Below, in pieces: positions 26,278 to 36,262 of a stretch of 64,000 nucleotides of DNA (position 1 is its first letter; every line of letters begins with the position of its first letter). The translations under genes and the position numbers were made by a program. The DNA lies in IMG/VR virus record IMGVR_UViG_3300028025_003852, positions 8,815 through 72,814 of that record; one strand, written 5' to 3'. Under the pieces are notes generated by a model. The model was not told the origin of the DNA. It was given only the letters and a program-made list of their open reading frames with translations, and searched no databases. This DNA comes from a virus.

Positions 26278-26960
26278 AGTATTTAGTCTCTCTTCCATAT
26301 ACAAGTGAAGAATATAAGAATGATTTTTTAAAAACATGTAAGCTAGATAACGTATGTTTAATTGATAATACATCTATCAATATAGGATTTCCTGCAAGCA
26401 CAAATACTAACATGAAAAAATTTATTGAGCTTGGATATGATTGGTTTATTATTTGCGGAACCTCTATTAGATTTGGAGAAAGCGGAGGTCTAGACTTTAT
26501 TGAAGCTTTAGAAAAATCTAACAACTTGGTTGTTGAAGCTCAGGTAGTATACGGATGGCACTTGATTGCATTCCATCGTACGATTATTGAAAATGTCGGA
26601 CTCTGGGATGAAAACTTTGTACCTTATGGCTATGATGATCTAGATTATAGCCTGAGAATTCATAAAACTTTTAGTGATCCAAAAACCAGGGATAAAAAAT
26701 TTGACAATATAGCTGAGCTATGGACAAAAGTTTCAATAGATGTTAACGATATCGGAATGGGCCAGAGTGTAAAGACTGGAAAGGTTGATTTTAGACCAGA
26801 GCTTAATGAGGAAACTCGTGAGTACTACAAGCGTAAGTGGGGAATGTATCCAGGTAGCGGAGAGACCATCCTAAACACATATCAGTTTCCATTTAACAAC
26901 AAAGACAATGATGTAAAATATTTTCCAGCAAGAGATAGGTATGAATATCATGTCGTATAA
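26274..26960 (+). CDS. GT2-like glycosyltransferase
   Basis: NIGF..S.N, VGLWDENF.PYGYDDLDYSLRI. Confidence 0.75.
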   Translation: MKYLVSLPYTSEEYKNDFLKTCKLDNVCLIDNTSINIGFPASTNTNMKKFIELGYDWFIICGTSIRFGESGGLDFIEALEKSNNLVVEAQVVYGWHLIAFHRTIIENVGLWDENFVPYGYDDLDYSLRIHKTFSDPKTRDKKFDNIAELWTKVSIDVNDIGMGQSVKTGKVDFRPELNEETREYYKRKWGMYPGSGETILNTYQFPFNNKDNDVKYFPARDRYEYHVV

Positions 26961-27801
26961 AGCATACTCAATATCGCATGGGCAGCATGGATTTGCTGAC
27001 GACAAATGGGATTTCGGTTTTATTAAAGAAGCGTTTGACAGAAACAATGTGTTAGTAAAACAAGTTAAGTCTCTTCCCAAAGTAAAGAAAGCTTTTGTAG
27101 TTGCACCTGGATTTGAGTGGACAGGATCAGAAGAAGAGCTAAATAAAAACCTAAATAATATTGAAAAGGTTGTTCTATTCATAACTTCAGATGAGCTTGG
27201 AGTTTTTGACATAGAAAAGATTAGTCATCCTAATATAAAGATATGGGTTCAGTATCCGTATGAAAAGCATCAAGATTATTACAAGATGCCTCTTGGATCA
27301 CCTAGTAGGATTGTTGACTTTATTCCCGAATACCCTGAAAAAAAATACGACACATTCTTTTCTGGTCAGATAACCCATAGCAGAAGAAAAGAACTTGCAG
27401 AGGTTATGCCTAATCTAAAAAATTCTTTATTCAATCCTACAGAAGGCTTTACTCAGGGGTATGAGCCAACTGAATACTACAAGTTTTTATCTCAGTCTAG
27501 AATAGCTCCTTGTCCTGCTGGCGTAGCATCCATTGATTCATTTAGATTCTTTGAATCAATAGAGATGATGGCTATACCTATTGGTGATACAAAAAGCTCA
27601 TCTGACGAACCCTTTGATTTCTGGACCTTTGTTTTTGGAGAAAACGAAATTATAAAAACAGACAATTGGAAGATGTTACCCAAAATAGTAAGAAAAACTT
27701 TAGCAAACTATCCAGCAAATCTTCATCAAACTGTTTCCTGGTGGATCAGATATAAGAGGGACTTTGCAAACAAAATTATGGAGCAGATAAATGAAGATTG
27801 A
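26941..27801 (+). CDS. Exostosin/GT47-like glycosyltransferase
   Basis: FFSGQ..HSRR, Y...LSQSRIAPCPAG, SFRFFESIE..AIPI. Confidence 0.7.
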   Translation: MNIMSYKAYSISHGQHGFADDKWDFGFIKEAFDRNNVLVKQVKSLPKVKKAFVVAPGFEWTGSEEELNKNLNNIEKVVLFITSDELGVFDIEKISHPNIKIWVQYPYEKHQDYYKMPLGSPSRIVDFIPEYPEKKYDTFFSGQITHSRRKELAEVMPNLKNSLFNPTEGFTQGYEPTEYYKFLSQSRIAPCPAGVASIDSFRFFESIEMMAIPIGDTKSSSDEPFDFWTFVFGENEIIKTDNWKMLPKIVRKTLANYPANLHQTVSWWIRYKRDFANKIMEQINED

Positions 27802-28549
27802 AGACGTAACAATAGTTATCCCAACATCTGTTAGTCCTATACATCCTAGTACTGAAATTATTGATGCCGTGATATCTGGTGCTAGACAATACTTTCCAAA
27901 CAACGAAATCATATTACAAATAGATGGTCTTAGAGAAGAGCAGGCACATCGTAAAGATCAGTACGATGAATATAAAAGTCGTGTACTATGGAAATGTTTG
28001 CATGAATGGAAGAATGTTGTTCCTATAGTCTTTGATCATCACGAGCATCAGTCTAACATGATGTGGAAGACTATCGATCTTATCAGAACACCACTAATGT
28101 TTTATAATGAAGGAGACATCGCACTCCAGGATGATCTAGATGTAGACTGGCAAGAGGTCGTTAGCATGTTCAATAATGATAAAGCATATACCGTTCGATT
28201 CTATTCGTATCATTATCAAATAGAGGAGGCCCACCAACACCTAATGCTTGAGCAAAAGGGAAACTATGTTAGAAGCTTTCAGTGGAGCCAGCAGCCACAC
28301 ATATCTCGTGTAGACTATTACAGAAATGTAGTTCTTCCAAACACTACCCCCAACCTATTCATTGAAGATAAGTTTTATGGAAAGATATTTGCAGATTGTC
28401 ACGAGACTTTGGAAAGATGGAGAGAGCACAGACTTTGGTTATACAACCCACCAGGAAAAGATATTAGGATAGTTAACAACTTAGATGGAAGAAAAGGTCT
28501 TAGAAAGTTTACAAGTGATGACGAAGCCTGGGGACTGACAGAAGCATGA
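27791..28549 (+). CDS. GT-A fold glycosyltransferase-like protein
   Basis: VTIVIPT, TPLMFYNEGD, WSQQPHI; operon context. Confidence 0.6.
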   Translation: MKIEDVTIVIPTSVSPIHPSTEIIDAVISGARQYFPNNEIILQIDGLREEQAHRKDQYDEYKSRVLWKCLHEWKNVVPIVFDHHEHQSNMMWKTIDLIRTPLMFYNEGDIALQDDLDVDWQEVVSMFNNDKAYTVRFYSYHYQIEEAHQHLMLEQKGNYVRSFQWSQQPHISRVDYYRNVVLPNTTPNLFIEDKFYGKIFADCHETLERWREHRLWLYNPPGKDIRIVNNLDGRKGLRKFTSDDEAWGLTEA

Positions 28550-29589
28550 GAATAGGAATAATTGCTAGATGTGACAACACTGGTCTTGGAAACCAGACAC
28601 GAGAGCTTGTAAGTATGTTGAACCCTAGCAAGGTAATGGTTATAGATTTTTCAGGGTATAATCCAATTAAACAAGATCCCTCAATATATAACGGATACAA
28701 TACTTACAACATAGGTGCAGCACCAAGTGACAATCAGGTGAAGGAGTTTTTGAAAGACTTAGATGTAGTCATAAGCTGTGAGACATTCTACAACAACAGC
28801 ATACCAGACATAGCAAGATCTATGAATGTTAAAACATATCTTCAGTATAACTATGAGCTGTTTGGATACTTGGCTGATAGAAAGATGCCTCTTGCAGATG
28901 TCTTGTTGTCTCCAAGCACATGGTACTTTCAAAAAACAAAACAAAAGCTTGGCAATGTAGTTGAAGGTTTTTATCACATTCCTCCTCCAACTACCCCAGA
29001 ACTATTTACTGAAGCTAAGAATATTAATCTATCAAAAGATCACAAAAGGATTTTGCACATAGCTGGAAAGCCTGCAGCCAAGGATCGCAACGGAACAATG
29101 GATGTCGTAGAGATGCTGAGGTACTCTAAGGCCGATTATGAATTAGTGGTGCATACACAAGTACCCCTAGAAATAACTCAACATGATAGTAGATTAACAA
29201 TCATTGCTGACAACATTGAGGACCGACAGGACATGTATTCTGGCTACGACGCAATGGTTCTTCCTAGAAGATATGCTGGATTGTGTCTACCAATGAATGA
29301 AGCTTTGCTTAGCGGCCTTCCAGTATTCATGACAGATATATCACCAAACAATTCTATACTGCCAAAAGAATGGTTGATCCCCTCACACGAATATGGATAC
29401 ATAAAAACCAAGGCTCGTGTATTGATGTTCCAGGTTAACATTAAAGAGCTTGCTGGCAGTATCGATGAGTATATAAATAGCAATGGTAAGCTCCAACAAA
29501 AAGAAAGAGCTTACCAAATTGGCTATGAGAACTTCTCTCCAGATGTCCTCAGAAATAGGTATGAAGTTATTTTTAATCGTTACCGTTAG
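28546..29589 (+). CDS. GT4-family glycosyltransferase
   Basis: DAMVLPRRYAGLCLPMNEALLSGLPV. Confidence 0.8.
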   Translation: MRIGIIARCDNTGLGNQTRELVSMLNPSKVMVIDFSGYNPIKQDPSIYNGYNTYNIGAAPSDNQVKEFLKDLDVVISCETFYNNSIPDIARSMNVKTYLQYNYELFGYLADRKMPLADVLLSPSTWYFQKTKQKLGNVVEGFYHIPPPTTPELFTEAKNINLSKDHKRILHIAGKPAAKDRNGTMDVVEMLRYSKADYELVVHTQVPLEITQHDSRLTIIADNIEDRQDMYSGYDAMVLPRRYAGLCLPMNEALLSGLPVFMTDISPNNSILPKEWLIPSHEYGYIKTKARVLMFQVNIKELAGSIDEYINSNGKLQQKERAYQIGYENFSPDVLRNRYEVIFNRYR

Positions 29590-29968
29590 CTGGTACTGGC
29601 AAAAGATCTATTAGCTTTGAGTAAGCTTCCTTGTAAGCTTTTGACATTTCTTTTGGTGTTGACCTTGCTACTGGCATCTTATCTGCCACGACAATGAACT
29701 CTAGAATAGTCTGCTGAGCATTTTCAATATACTCAAAAGCAGAGCCTCTGGAATCTGTTAGAAACTTTACGAAAGAATCGTTGGTGTCACCAAATGCACT
29801 TTTGGTAAGCTCAGTACCTAGTTGATCGAGTAGCAAGAGCTTGTCTGATAGTGCTTGTGTCAAGGCTGACTCAGACCTTTTCAATTCTTTATACAATACC
29901 ATAGCATAGGCAATGCCAGCTAGTAGTAGAAAGGATAAGATTATTACAACTATGTTATCTATTGTCAC
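29573..29968 (-). CDS. Membrane-anchored hypothetical protein
   Basis: GAAAAGG then GTG start; N-terminal TM; FVKFLTDSR..AFEYIE. Confidence 0.55.
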   Translation of the reverse strand: MTIDNIVVIILSFLLLAGIAYAMVLYKELKRSESALTQALSDKLLLLDQLGTELTKSAFGDTNDSFVKFLTDSRGSAFEYIENAQQTILEFIVVADKMPVARSTPKEMSKAYKEAYSKLIDLLPVPANGND

Positions 29969-30459
29969 TGTGTTACCTTTTCTCGATAGTAGTGTGCAAC
30001 CCAAAAATATTTGCAATCTGGGCAGCATGGCTGATTGTATTTGTCAGTTACAGAATCACGAAATTGTGAATACAATACCTGGTCCTTAATAAATAGGTTT
30101 GCCTTGTGTGTTGTAGTCACATACTTCATAAGTGTTTTGTCAGACATCCACTTTGGATTACGAAGGCCCCATTTTTTACCCTTAACATCACGCAGTTCAA
30201 TCAAGTTGTTAAGGTTTTTATCAGTCTTAATGTTTCTGGTGTTAGCCTCAACAATCATTGCCTGAACATATTTCCATAGTGCGAACTCGTGACTCTTCCA
30301 CATTTTAACAGCAGGGTGATTACGCCATGCCGCCTTGGGGTCATCGCTAGACAGTACTTTTAGAATCTGATAACATTCAAGAATTTGTTTATTCAGTCGC
30401 TTAGAGTCCAATTCTTTTGCAGACTTGGTAAAGCTTTTGTATGGAAGAAAAGTTTGCAA
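29965..30459 (-). CDS. Pyrimidine-dimer DNA glycosylase family protein (MSMEG_6728-like)
   Basis: QTFLPY..F..SA..LD.KRL.KQ..E..QIL, WRNHPAVKMW; TTG start. Confidence 0.8.
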   Translation of the reverse strand: MQTFLPYKSFTKSAKELDSKRLNKQILECYQILKVLSSDDPKAAWRNHPAVKMWKSHEFALWKYVQAMIVEANTRNIKTDKNLNNLIELRDVKGKKWGLRNPKWMSDKTLMKYVTTTHKANLFIKDQVLYSQFRDSVTDKYNQPCCPDCKYFWVAHYYREKVTQ

Positions 30460-30460
30460 T

Positions 30461-30721
30461 TTAATCAATTGCCTTTCTGGTAATTTGTACAACAGCACCA
30501 TTATCTTCTAGTGCATGTTTTACTTTGAATAGGTATCTTACTGCTTCGATCTTGCCATCGTAGTCCAGTCGCATAAACGCCTGCTCGTCAGCAATAATCT
30601 CTAAGAACAATAATACACCATTATCACTGTGTTCCGCAATAGCTACCCCAAAATTTTTTGGAGGATGAATTGAGTGAACCGCCCTACGCATTTCATTTGT
30701 GTAAAAACTAATCTCAGTCAT
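30461..30721 (-). CDS. Hypothetical protein
   Basis: 86 aa in operon. Confidence 0.6.
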   Translation of the reverse strand: MTEISFYTNEMRRAVHSIHPPKNFGVAIAEHSDNGVLLFLEIIADEQAFMRLDYDGKIEAVRYLFKVKHALEDNGAVVQITRKAID

Positions 30722-30998
30722 TTGTCAGATTCCTCCACGTTTCTGCCCAATCCTGTTTCGATCTATGAGAGTTAAACTCTTTTGATATTTTTCCATTTTC
30801 TAGGTATACCCCACCCCAGACACCCCACTCTTTATTTGAGACACCTGTGGCAAAACACATTCTGCGTACTGGGCATTCTGAACAAACCTTATCTACTGCA
30901 AGTCTAAAACTTTCATTCTCTTCATACTTATCAAAGAATATGTTAGTGTCATAGCCTAGGCATTTAGCGTTGTCTCTCCAAGTGTGGTCACTTTGCAT
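30714..30998 (-). CDS. whiB: WhiB-family Fe-S transcription factor
   Basis: W...AKC...FF...CSECPVRRMC...GVWGG. Confidence 0.9.
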   Translation of the reverse strand: MQSDHTWRDNAKCLGYDTNIFFDKYEENESFRLAVDKVCSECPVRRMCFATGVSNKEWGVWGGVYLENGKISKEFNSHRSKQDWAETWRNLTND

Positions 30999-31209
30999 CG
31001 TCTCTCACCAACTTGGCAGGAATGTCCCAGCCTTTTTCGGTAATTGGGTAGGTATTCACGATACCCCATTTGCCATTACGATATGCACCGTTTGGCTTTG
31101 TCCAGCCAGTTTGAGACTCTGTGTAGTGGATGATATCCCATCCATTCCAGTATAGTGAGTCATTGTTTTCTACAACTGACTCTGCAACTTCTAGAGAATT
31201 AATCTTCAT
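30988..31209 (-). CDS. Conserved small phage protein
   Basis: L.WNGWDI...G.YRNGKWG. Confidence 0.6.
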   Translation of the reverse strand: MKINSLEVAESVVENNDSLYWNGWDIIHYTESQTGWTKPNGAYRNGKWGIVNTYPITEKGWDIPAKLVRDDAK

Positions 31210-31582
31210 CGCTAGACTCGCTTTCTGTGTATATTACTTTTTTAATTTGTGTTTCTTCAATCAGGACCTGGCATCGATCGCATGGCTTGCTATTTCTATC
31301 TTCGCCACTGCGACTAACTCTTGCAACATAAAGGACAGCACCCTTTACATTCCATCCAGCATCTCTAACAGCCTCTGCTTCTGCATGTACAGAGCAATGC
31401 TTTTTGATGTGCTCTGGTGATACAATGTATGGGCTATTTCTATCTTTGTTAAAGCCAGTTCCAATTACTCTACCGCCTTTAACAATTACCGCACCGTGCA
31501 TTCTACGAGATTTTGATTTAGCAGCAAAATATCTTGCAACAGATAGGTAAGCATTTTCACTATTACTCAGGTCATACTCCAT
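31199..31582 (-). CDS. Cytidine/dCMP deaminase family protein
   Basis: HGAVIV, HAE, KPCDRC. Confidence 0.85.
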   Translation of the reverse strand: MEYDLSNSENAYLSVARYFAAKSKSRRMHGAVIVKGGRVIGTGFNKDRNSPYIVSPEHIKKHCSVHAEAEAVRDAGWNVKGAVLYVARVSRSGEDRNSKPCDRCQVLIEETQIKKVIYTESESSDED

Positions 31583-31935
31583 TAGAATCTGTAAATTCCA
31601 ACTTCTACATCAAGAGCTTCTGCGTCGTCCACTAGAAGCCCTTTGCCCTCATTCTCACGACAAAAAAAGGCTAGGTAATCCATATCACCAATAGAGTTTT
31701 GAATGTCAGAGAACGGCCTGTTATTTATACGAACACGGATGCCCATAGACTTCATGCTGCGTTCTGTAATGTTAAAAAACTCTCTTGCAAATGCATTTAC
31801 ATTTGCTGGTCCAGCTGAATAAATTTCAAGATCAGTGTCCTGGTTCTTGTTCATCTCAGAAAGAACTACACGCATAGCTCGAAGAAACGCATCGTAGTTA
31901 CTGAAACCTTTAGTTCCACTGACTGCTATCTTCAT
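31582..31935 (-). CDS. SLOG/YspA-like hypothetical protein
   Basis: KIAVSGTKGFSNY N-terminal motif. Confidence 0.5.
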   Translation of the reverse strand: MKIAVSGTKGFSNYDAFLRAMRVVLSEMNKNQDTDLEIYSAGPANVNAFAREFFNITERSMKSMGIRVRINNRPFSDIQNSIGDMDYLAFFCRENEGKGLLVDDAEALDVEVGIYRF

Positions 31936-31938
31936 TAC

Positions 31939-32325
31939 CTAATCCTTTGTTAGTTGCTCAACTATAAACATGAGCTTTTTTAATTCTACATCATTCATAG
32001 ACGTTGTGTCAAGTTGAACTGCATTGTCTGTGTCAAGGACCTCGTCATTAAAGCTTGCGTAGTAGACAGCGTTATTCGATATCCAATATCCACCATCTTC
32101 TAGTATTAGAATTGTTGGGTTCATCTTATCGAAGAACTTTGTTGCCTGTGTTTTTTTTGATTTACTAGTTTTTTCTGGAATAGAATATAGCTTTAGAGCC
32201 ATTGCTATTGCTCTTGACTGTGACATCACTGGTAACTTCTTAACAGAAATTTTTCTTCCAATATTTATCATTCTATATATTACAAATATAGGAATGACTA
32301 GCAAGATTAAAAGTAAATATTCCAT
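31939..32325 (-). CDS. Membrane-anchored hypothetical protein
   Basis: N-terminal TM helix. Confidence 0.55.
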   Translation of the reverse strand: MEYLLLILLVIPIFVIYRMINIGRKISVKKLPVMSQSRAIAMALKLYSIPEKTSKSKKTQATKFFDKMNPTILILEDGGYWISNNAVYYASFNDEVLDTDNAVQLDTTSMNDVELKKLMFIVEQLTKD

Positions 32326-32341
32326 AGTTATCTTTTAGTAA

Positions 32342-32686
32342 TTATGCCTGGTCCTGCTTAAAATGCTCAATCATATTTTTCAGTACCATACCTTCGAAAT
32401 CTGGCAGCACAGAGATTGCGAAATCGTCGTTACATCTTTCTGTCAAGAAAATAAGTGGATCTTCACTATCATTTTCATACTTTAGTTCAATGAAGCCTTT
32501 GCTCCACAAGTTCATAGTGGTAGCGGCAAACTTATCTTCGACAAGCTTTGCAAGATTGGGAGAAATTTCTTTAAGATTTTTATTAAAACTAAATAGCATC
32601 TCTCCAGTATCTGAATCCATTCCAGCAGGCTCTACAGCCCCCTTAAGAATAAGACGTTCAAACATTTCATTATTGCGATCGATCAT
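32342..32686 (-). CDS. Hypothetical protein
   Basis: 114 aa coupled ORF. Confidence 0.6.
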   Translation of the reverse strand: MIDRNNEMFERLILKGAVEPAGMDSDTGEMLFSFNKNLKEISPNLAKLVEDKFAATTMNLWSKGFIELKYENDSEDPLIFLTERCNDDFAISVLPDFEGMVLKNMIEHFKQDQA

Positions 32687-32943
32687 TACAGATCTCCTTT
32701 AAGTCGGTTTTCATTTGTTAGGAAAGGACGCTCATCAACTATTTCAGTGGCAAACGATTTCATCTTTTCATTGGCTGCTGCATTGTTTTCAATTTTACTA
32801 TAGTGGTGTCCACAAAAGAATAGATTACCAGTTGCTCCAGTAACTTTGACATATGCTCCAGCACCGCAAGAGTCACACCTATCTATAAGTGTAAGCTGGC
32901 GTTCTTGACTTTCTTCTACCGCTGTTTCTTCCATTACTACCAT
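32686..32943 (-). CDS. Actinobacterial-type small Zn-binding protein (DRCD.CGA...FCGHH)
   Basis: Motif recognised. Confidence 0.7.
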   Translation of the reverse strand: MVVMEETAVEESQERQLTLIDRCDSCGAGAYVKVTGATGNLFFCGHHYSKIENNAAANEKMKSFATEIVDERPFLTNENRLKGDL

Positions 32944-32953
32944 TTTACACCTC

Positions 32954-33130
32954 TTACTTGTCTGTTGAATAGAATCCGCTACCCTTGAAGGAAACGCCTA
33001 TATTAGAGTATAGCCGTTTTCTGGCAGTATTGCAAGTCTGACACATAGATTCTTGATCTCTTTTGTCAAAGCCTCTAGCTTCAACTATAATTTCATCACA
33101 TGTCTTACACAAAAATTCGTACAGTGGCAT
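32954..33130 (-). CDS. FmdB-family zinc-ribbon protein
   Basis: [11 protein letters not shown]...CQTC...[10 protein letters not shown]. Confidence 0.85.
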   Translation of the reverse strand: MPLYEFLCKTCDEIIVEARGFDKRDQESMCQTCNTARKRLYSNIGVSFKGSGFYSTDK

Positions 33131-34121
33131 TAGTTTTTTCCTTATAAATCTTATCTGAGTAAACACGAGCAGCATCTCTAACCCATGCACCATCTTCGTG
33201 AGCTTCTTTGCGTCGTGCAAGACGAATTGTGTTAGCTGCACCATGACCAGCCAGGACTTGATGAAACTCTGTCCAGTCTAACTCTCCAAAATCAAAGTGT
33301 CCTCGTTCTTCATTCCACTTAATGTCAGGGTCAGGCAAGGTGACACCTAGTATCTTAGCTTGCGGAACGAGCATGTCTACAAAACGTTGACGAAGTTCGT
33401 CATTACTAAAACGTTTTATTTTCCAGTCCATGCTTTGTTGAGAATTAGGAGAGTTGTCGTCTGGTGGTCCGAACATCATGAGTGCAGGAGCGTACCAACG
33501 ATTTACTGATTCTTGTGCCATTTTTTTCTGTGCATCTGTGCCTCGCATAAGGTGCAGTAATATCTCAAACCCTTGACGCTGATGGAACGACTCTTCTTTA
33601 CAGATACGAACCATTGCTCGTCCGTATGGACCATATGATGCACGACACAGCGGCACTTGATTGCAAATAGCAGCACCATCAACCAGCCAGCCGATGGATC
33701 CCATATCTGCCCAGGTCGGGGTGGGGTAGTTGAAGATTGATGAGTATTTAGCTGTTCCAGTAATAAGCTGATCAAACATTGTTTCCCGATCAGTACCTAG
33801 AGTCTGTGCTGCGGAGTATAAGTAAAGACCGTGACCTGCTTCATCCTGAACCTTAGCCATTAAAATTGCTTTGCGTTTTAAGCTAGGTGCTCTGCTAATC
33901 CAGTTTGCCTCTGGTTGCATACCAATAATCTCGGAGTGCGCGTGCTGAGAAATCTGACGAATGAGCGTCTTTCGATACCCCTCGGGCATCCAGTCTGTCG
34001 GCTCGACCCGCTGTTCGTTAGCTAGTAACTTATCAAAAAACTTTACATTACAATTTTGACAAACAGATTCTTGATCAGTTGTTTCATTGCAAGTCTTGCA
34101 TATAAACTCAGATGTCATCAT
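33105..34121 (-). CDS. paaA: 1,2-phenylacetyl-CoA epoxidase subunit A
   Basis: [58 protein letters not shown] match PaaA. Confidence 0.93.
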   Translation of the reverse strand: MMTSEFICKTCNETTDQESVCQNCNVKFFDKLLANEQRVEPTDWMPEGYRKTLIRQISQHAHSEIIGMQPEANWISRAPSLKRKAILMAKVQDEAGHGLYLYSAAQTLGTDRETMFDQLITGTAKYSSIFNYPTPTWADMGSIGWLVDGAAICNQVPLCRASYGPYGRAMVRICKEESFHQRQGFEILLHLMRGTDAQKKMAQESVNRWYAPALMMFGPPDDNSPNSQQSMDWKIKRFSNDELRQRFVDMLVPQAKILGVTLPDPDIKWNEERGHFDFGELDWTEFHQVLAGHGAANTIRLARRKEAHEDGAWVRDAARVYSDKIYKEKTNATVRIFV

Positions 34122-34302
34122 TGTCTTTTTCCTTTTGTCTTTCAAATATAACTATTTTTCCTGGGGCAACGTCATCATAAAGATGTCTCCATTGCGATAT
34201 GTCCCAGCGTTGTTTTGTTGCATAATTTGCAGCCATAGCATAGTCATTGCAATAGATAATGTATCTTGCTCTTGTATCTTCACCGTGATATGTTTTAGCC
34301 AT
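34108..34302 (-). CDS. Hypothetical protein
   Basis: TATAAT-N5-ATG leaderless start. Confidence 0.55.
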   Translation of the reverse strand: MAKTYHGEDTRARYIIYCNDYAMAANYATKQRWDISQWRHLYDDVAPGKIVIFERQKEKDNDDI

Positions 34303-34308
34303 ACCTAA

Positions 34309-35091
34309 TTATACCGTATAGAGCCTAGCAAAATCAAGTGTGTTCTTTAGAAGTTTATTTCTTTTCTTCTTTCTCTTTGTCTTTGTATTAATTTCTGCAA
34401 CAACATATCCATCAAAGCCAATGTCTCTAAGATATTCTAAAGTTTCTTTTACTGGCTGTGTTCCTTTTCCTGGTACCAGGTGTTCATCAAATATGTGAAA
34501 CTTATCTTTTTGACTATGACCATCACAAAGATGAACGTGCTTTAGAGAATTACCCCAAGACTTTGCCAGATCAAGAGCATTGGATCCCTGTGAAGCTGAA
34601 TGAGAAAAATCTAATGTTCTTGATCTAATGTTTTCAGACTCTGGGTTCCACGATGGATAGAAAACATCAAACTCTTTTCCACGAATATTCCAGCCAAACA
34701 TATTCTCAACAGCAACAATAAGGCCATAGGTGTCTTCTATTGACTCTATAATCTTTTTAAAGTTGTTTCTGTAAACTACCTGCCACTTGTATGGTGGGTG
34801 AACAACTATCGTAGTTGCCCCAACTGCATTTGCCAGCTCTGCTGTTTTAGTTAGCTTATCTTGCGGAAGTCTTCCAAATACTTTTGAGGTCATTATTAGT
34901 ACTGGAGAGTGTATGGATAAAACTGGATGATTGTATTTCTTAATTAATTTATTTATTGTGTCAGCATTCTGAGTATCTTTATCTGCTGTCACCATAACCT
35001 CAACTCCATCAAATCCAAGTTCAGAACCTAATTTGAAAGCTGATTCTAGTCCTAGCGGATAAACGCTAGTTGAGCTTAAGCCAATCTTCAT
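34309..35091 (-). CDS. Sugar-phosphate isomerase/AP-endonuclease-2 TIM barrel (actinobacterial type)
   Basis: GFDGVEVMV, SIHSP, VVHPP, AVENM, LDFSH, HVHLCDG, DEHLVPG.G. Confidence 0.85.
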   Translation of the reverse strand: MKIGLSSTSVYPLGLESAFKLGSELGFDGVEVMVTADKDTQNADTINKLIKKYNHPVLSIHSPVLIMTSKVFGRLPQDKLTKTAELANAVGATTIVVHPPYKWQVVYRNNFKKIIESIEDTYGLIVAVENMFGWNIRGKEFDVFYPSWNPESENIRSRTLDFSHSASQGSNALDLAKSWGNSLKHVHLCDGHSQKDKFHIFDEHLVPGKGTQPVKETLEYLRDIGFDGYVVAEINTKTKRKKKRNKLLKNTLDFARLYTV

Positions 35092-35106
35092 ATCAATACT
35101 ATTATA

Positions 35107-36116
35107 TCAGGTCGTTGTCCTAGTTAAATTTTCTATAAATATTTTTGCTACGTTTTTCCAGGGTATTTTTTGACAGAGTCTGAAACCTTTGCACGATTTA
35201 ATCTAGAAGCTTTTCTGATTGCCTTATCTATTTCGTCTTCAGACTTTATTAAATACCCATTAACATTATTTTCGATAATTGTCTTTGGTCCAGTAACATT
35301 GTATGCAACAACTGGGGTTCCACATGCCATGCTTTCAATCATCACAATTCCGAAGGTATCGAAAAGACTTGGGAAAAAGAATACGTCTGCTGAGGCATAC
35401 CAAGATCTTAGTTTGCTGTTTTCTACTTTGCCAACAAACCTTACCCCTGGATATTTGATTTTAAGTTTTTCTAAGTAAGGACCATCACCAATTAATACAC
35501 ACTCATATCTTTCATCTAAAGAAAGTTTACAAAACTGTTTTAAGTTTTTTTCTTTGCTTACTCTGCTTACACATAGAAGAACTGTTTTTTCAGACCTGGT
35601 CTTCTTCTCTTTAAAAAAGAATTTAGAGCTGTCTATTCCTCTAGACCAAACAACAAGCTTATTTTTAAACCTTTTATTTTTTAGGGTATCCCTTACATCT
35701 TTGTTTGTTACCAAAATTTTTTCACTCGATTCGTGAAACCATCTCATTGTTTCCCATGTAATGTCTTCTGGAATATAGAAGAGATCTTTCATCATGTGCG
35801 GAAAGTTTGTATGAAAACTTGTATTGTGCTTTTTCTTTTTTATTTGACAATAATTTTTGCCAGCTAGACCGATTGGGCCTTCAGTGGCAATGTGAATATA
35901 ATCAGGACCATAATCGTCGATCATCTTAAAGATACTTATTGGTATAGCCAACGATATATCTTTATAAAAAGAAAGGTTGATGCTCTTGAATAGTCCTGGA
36001 TGTATTACATATACATCGTATTTCTTTTCAAGTTGTTTTATTAAATTTTTTAGTGTTGTAACTACCCCGTTTGTTTGAGGCGACCATGCATCTGTTAATA
36101 TTAAAATTTTTTCCAT
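35107..36116 (-). CDS. GT4 glycosyltransferase with apparent 1-nt frameshift near the C-terminus (in-frame stop at 35148)
   Basis: TDAWSPQTNGVV, HIATEGPIG, FPS.FDTFGIVMIESMACGTPV; expected W..VA..F helix lies in another frame. Confidence 0.8.
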
Positions 36117-36131
36117 AGTTAATTGTATCAT

Positions 36132-36205
36132 TGGAGGGAATGGAGAGAATCGAACTCTCACCTTCAGTTTGGAAGACTGAGGCACTACCACTATGCAACA
36201 TTCCC
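36132..36205 (-). tRNA. tRNA-Gly(TCC)
   Basis: GGGAATG/CATTCCC acceptor, TCAGT-CTTCCAA-ACTGA, GTTCGATTC, encoded CCA. Confidence 0.9.
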
Positions 36206-36262
36206 AGACCCTGTCCCAGTGAATGGTTCTTATGGGTCATGCTAGGGACAGGGAGCCTTTTA

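Noticed and set aside
34108-34302. PaaB partner for paaA
   Set aside because: Lacks recognisable PaaB motifs such as ARD.YTRR
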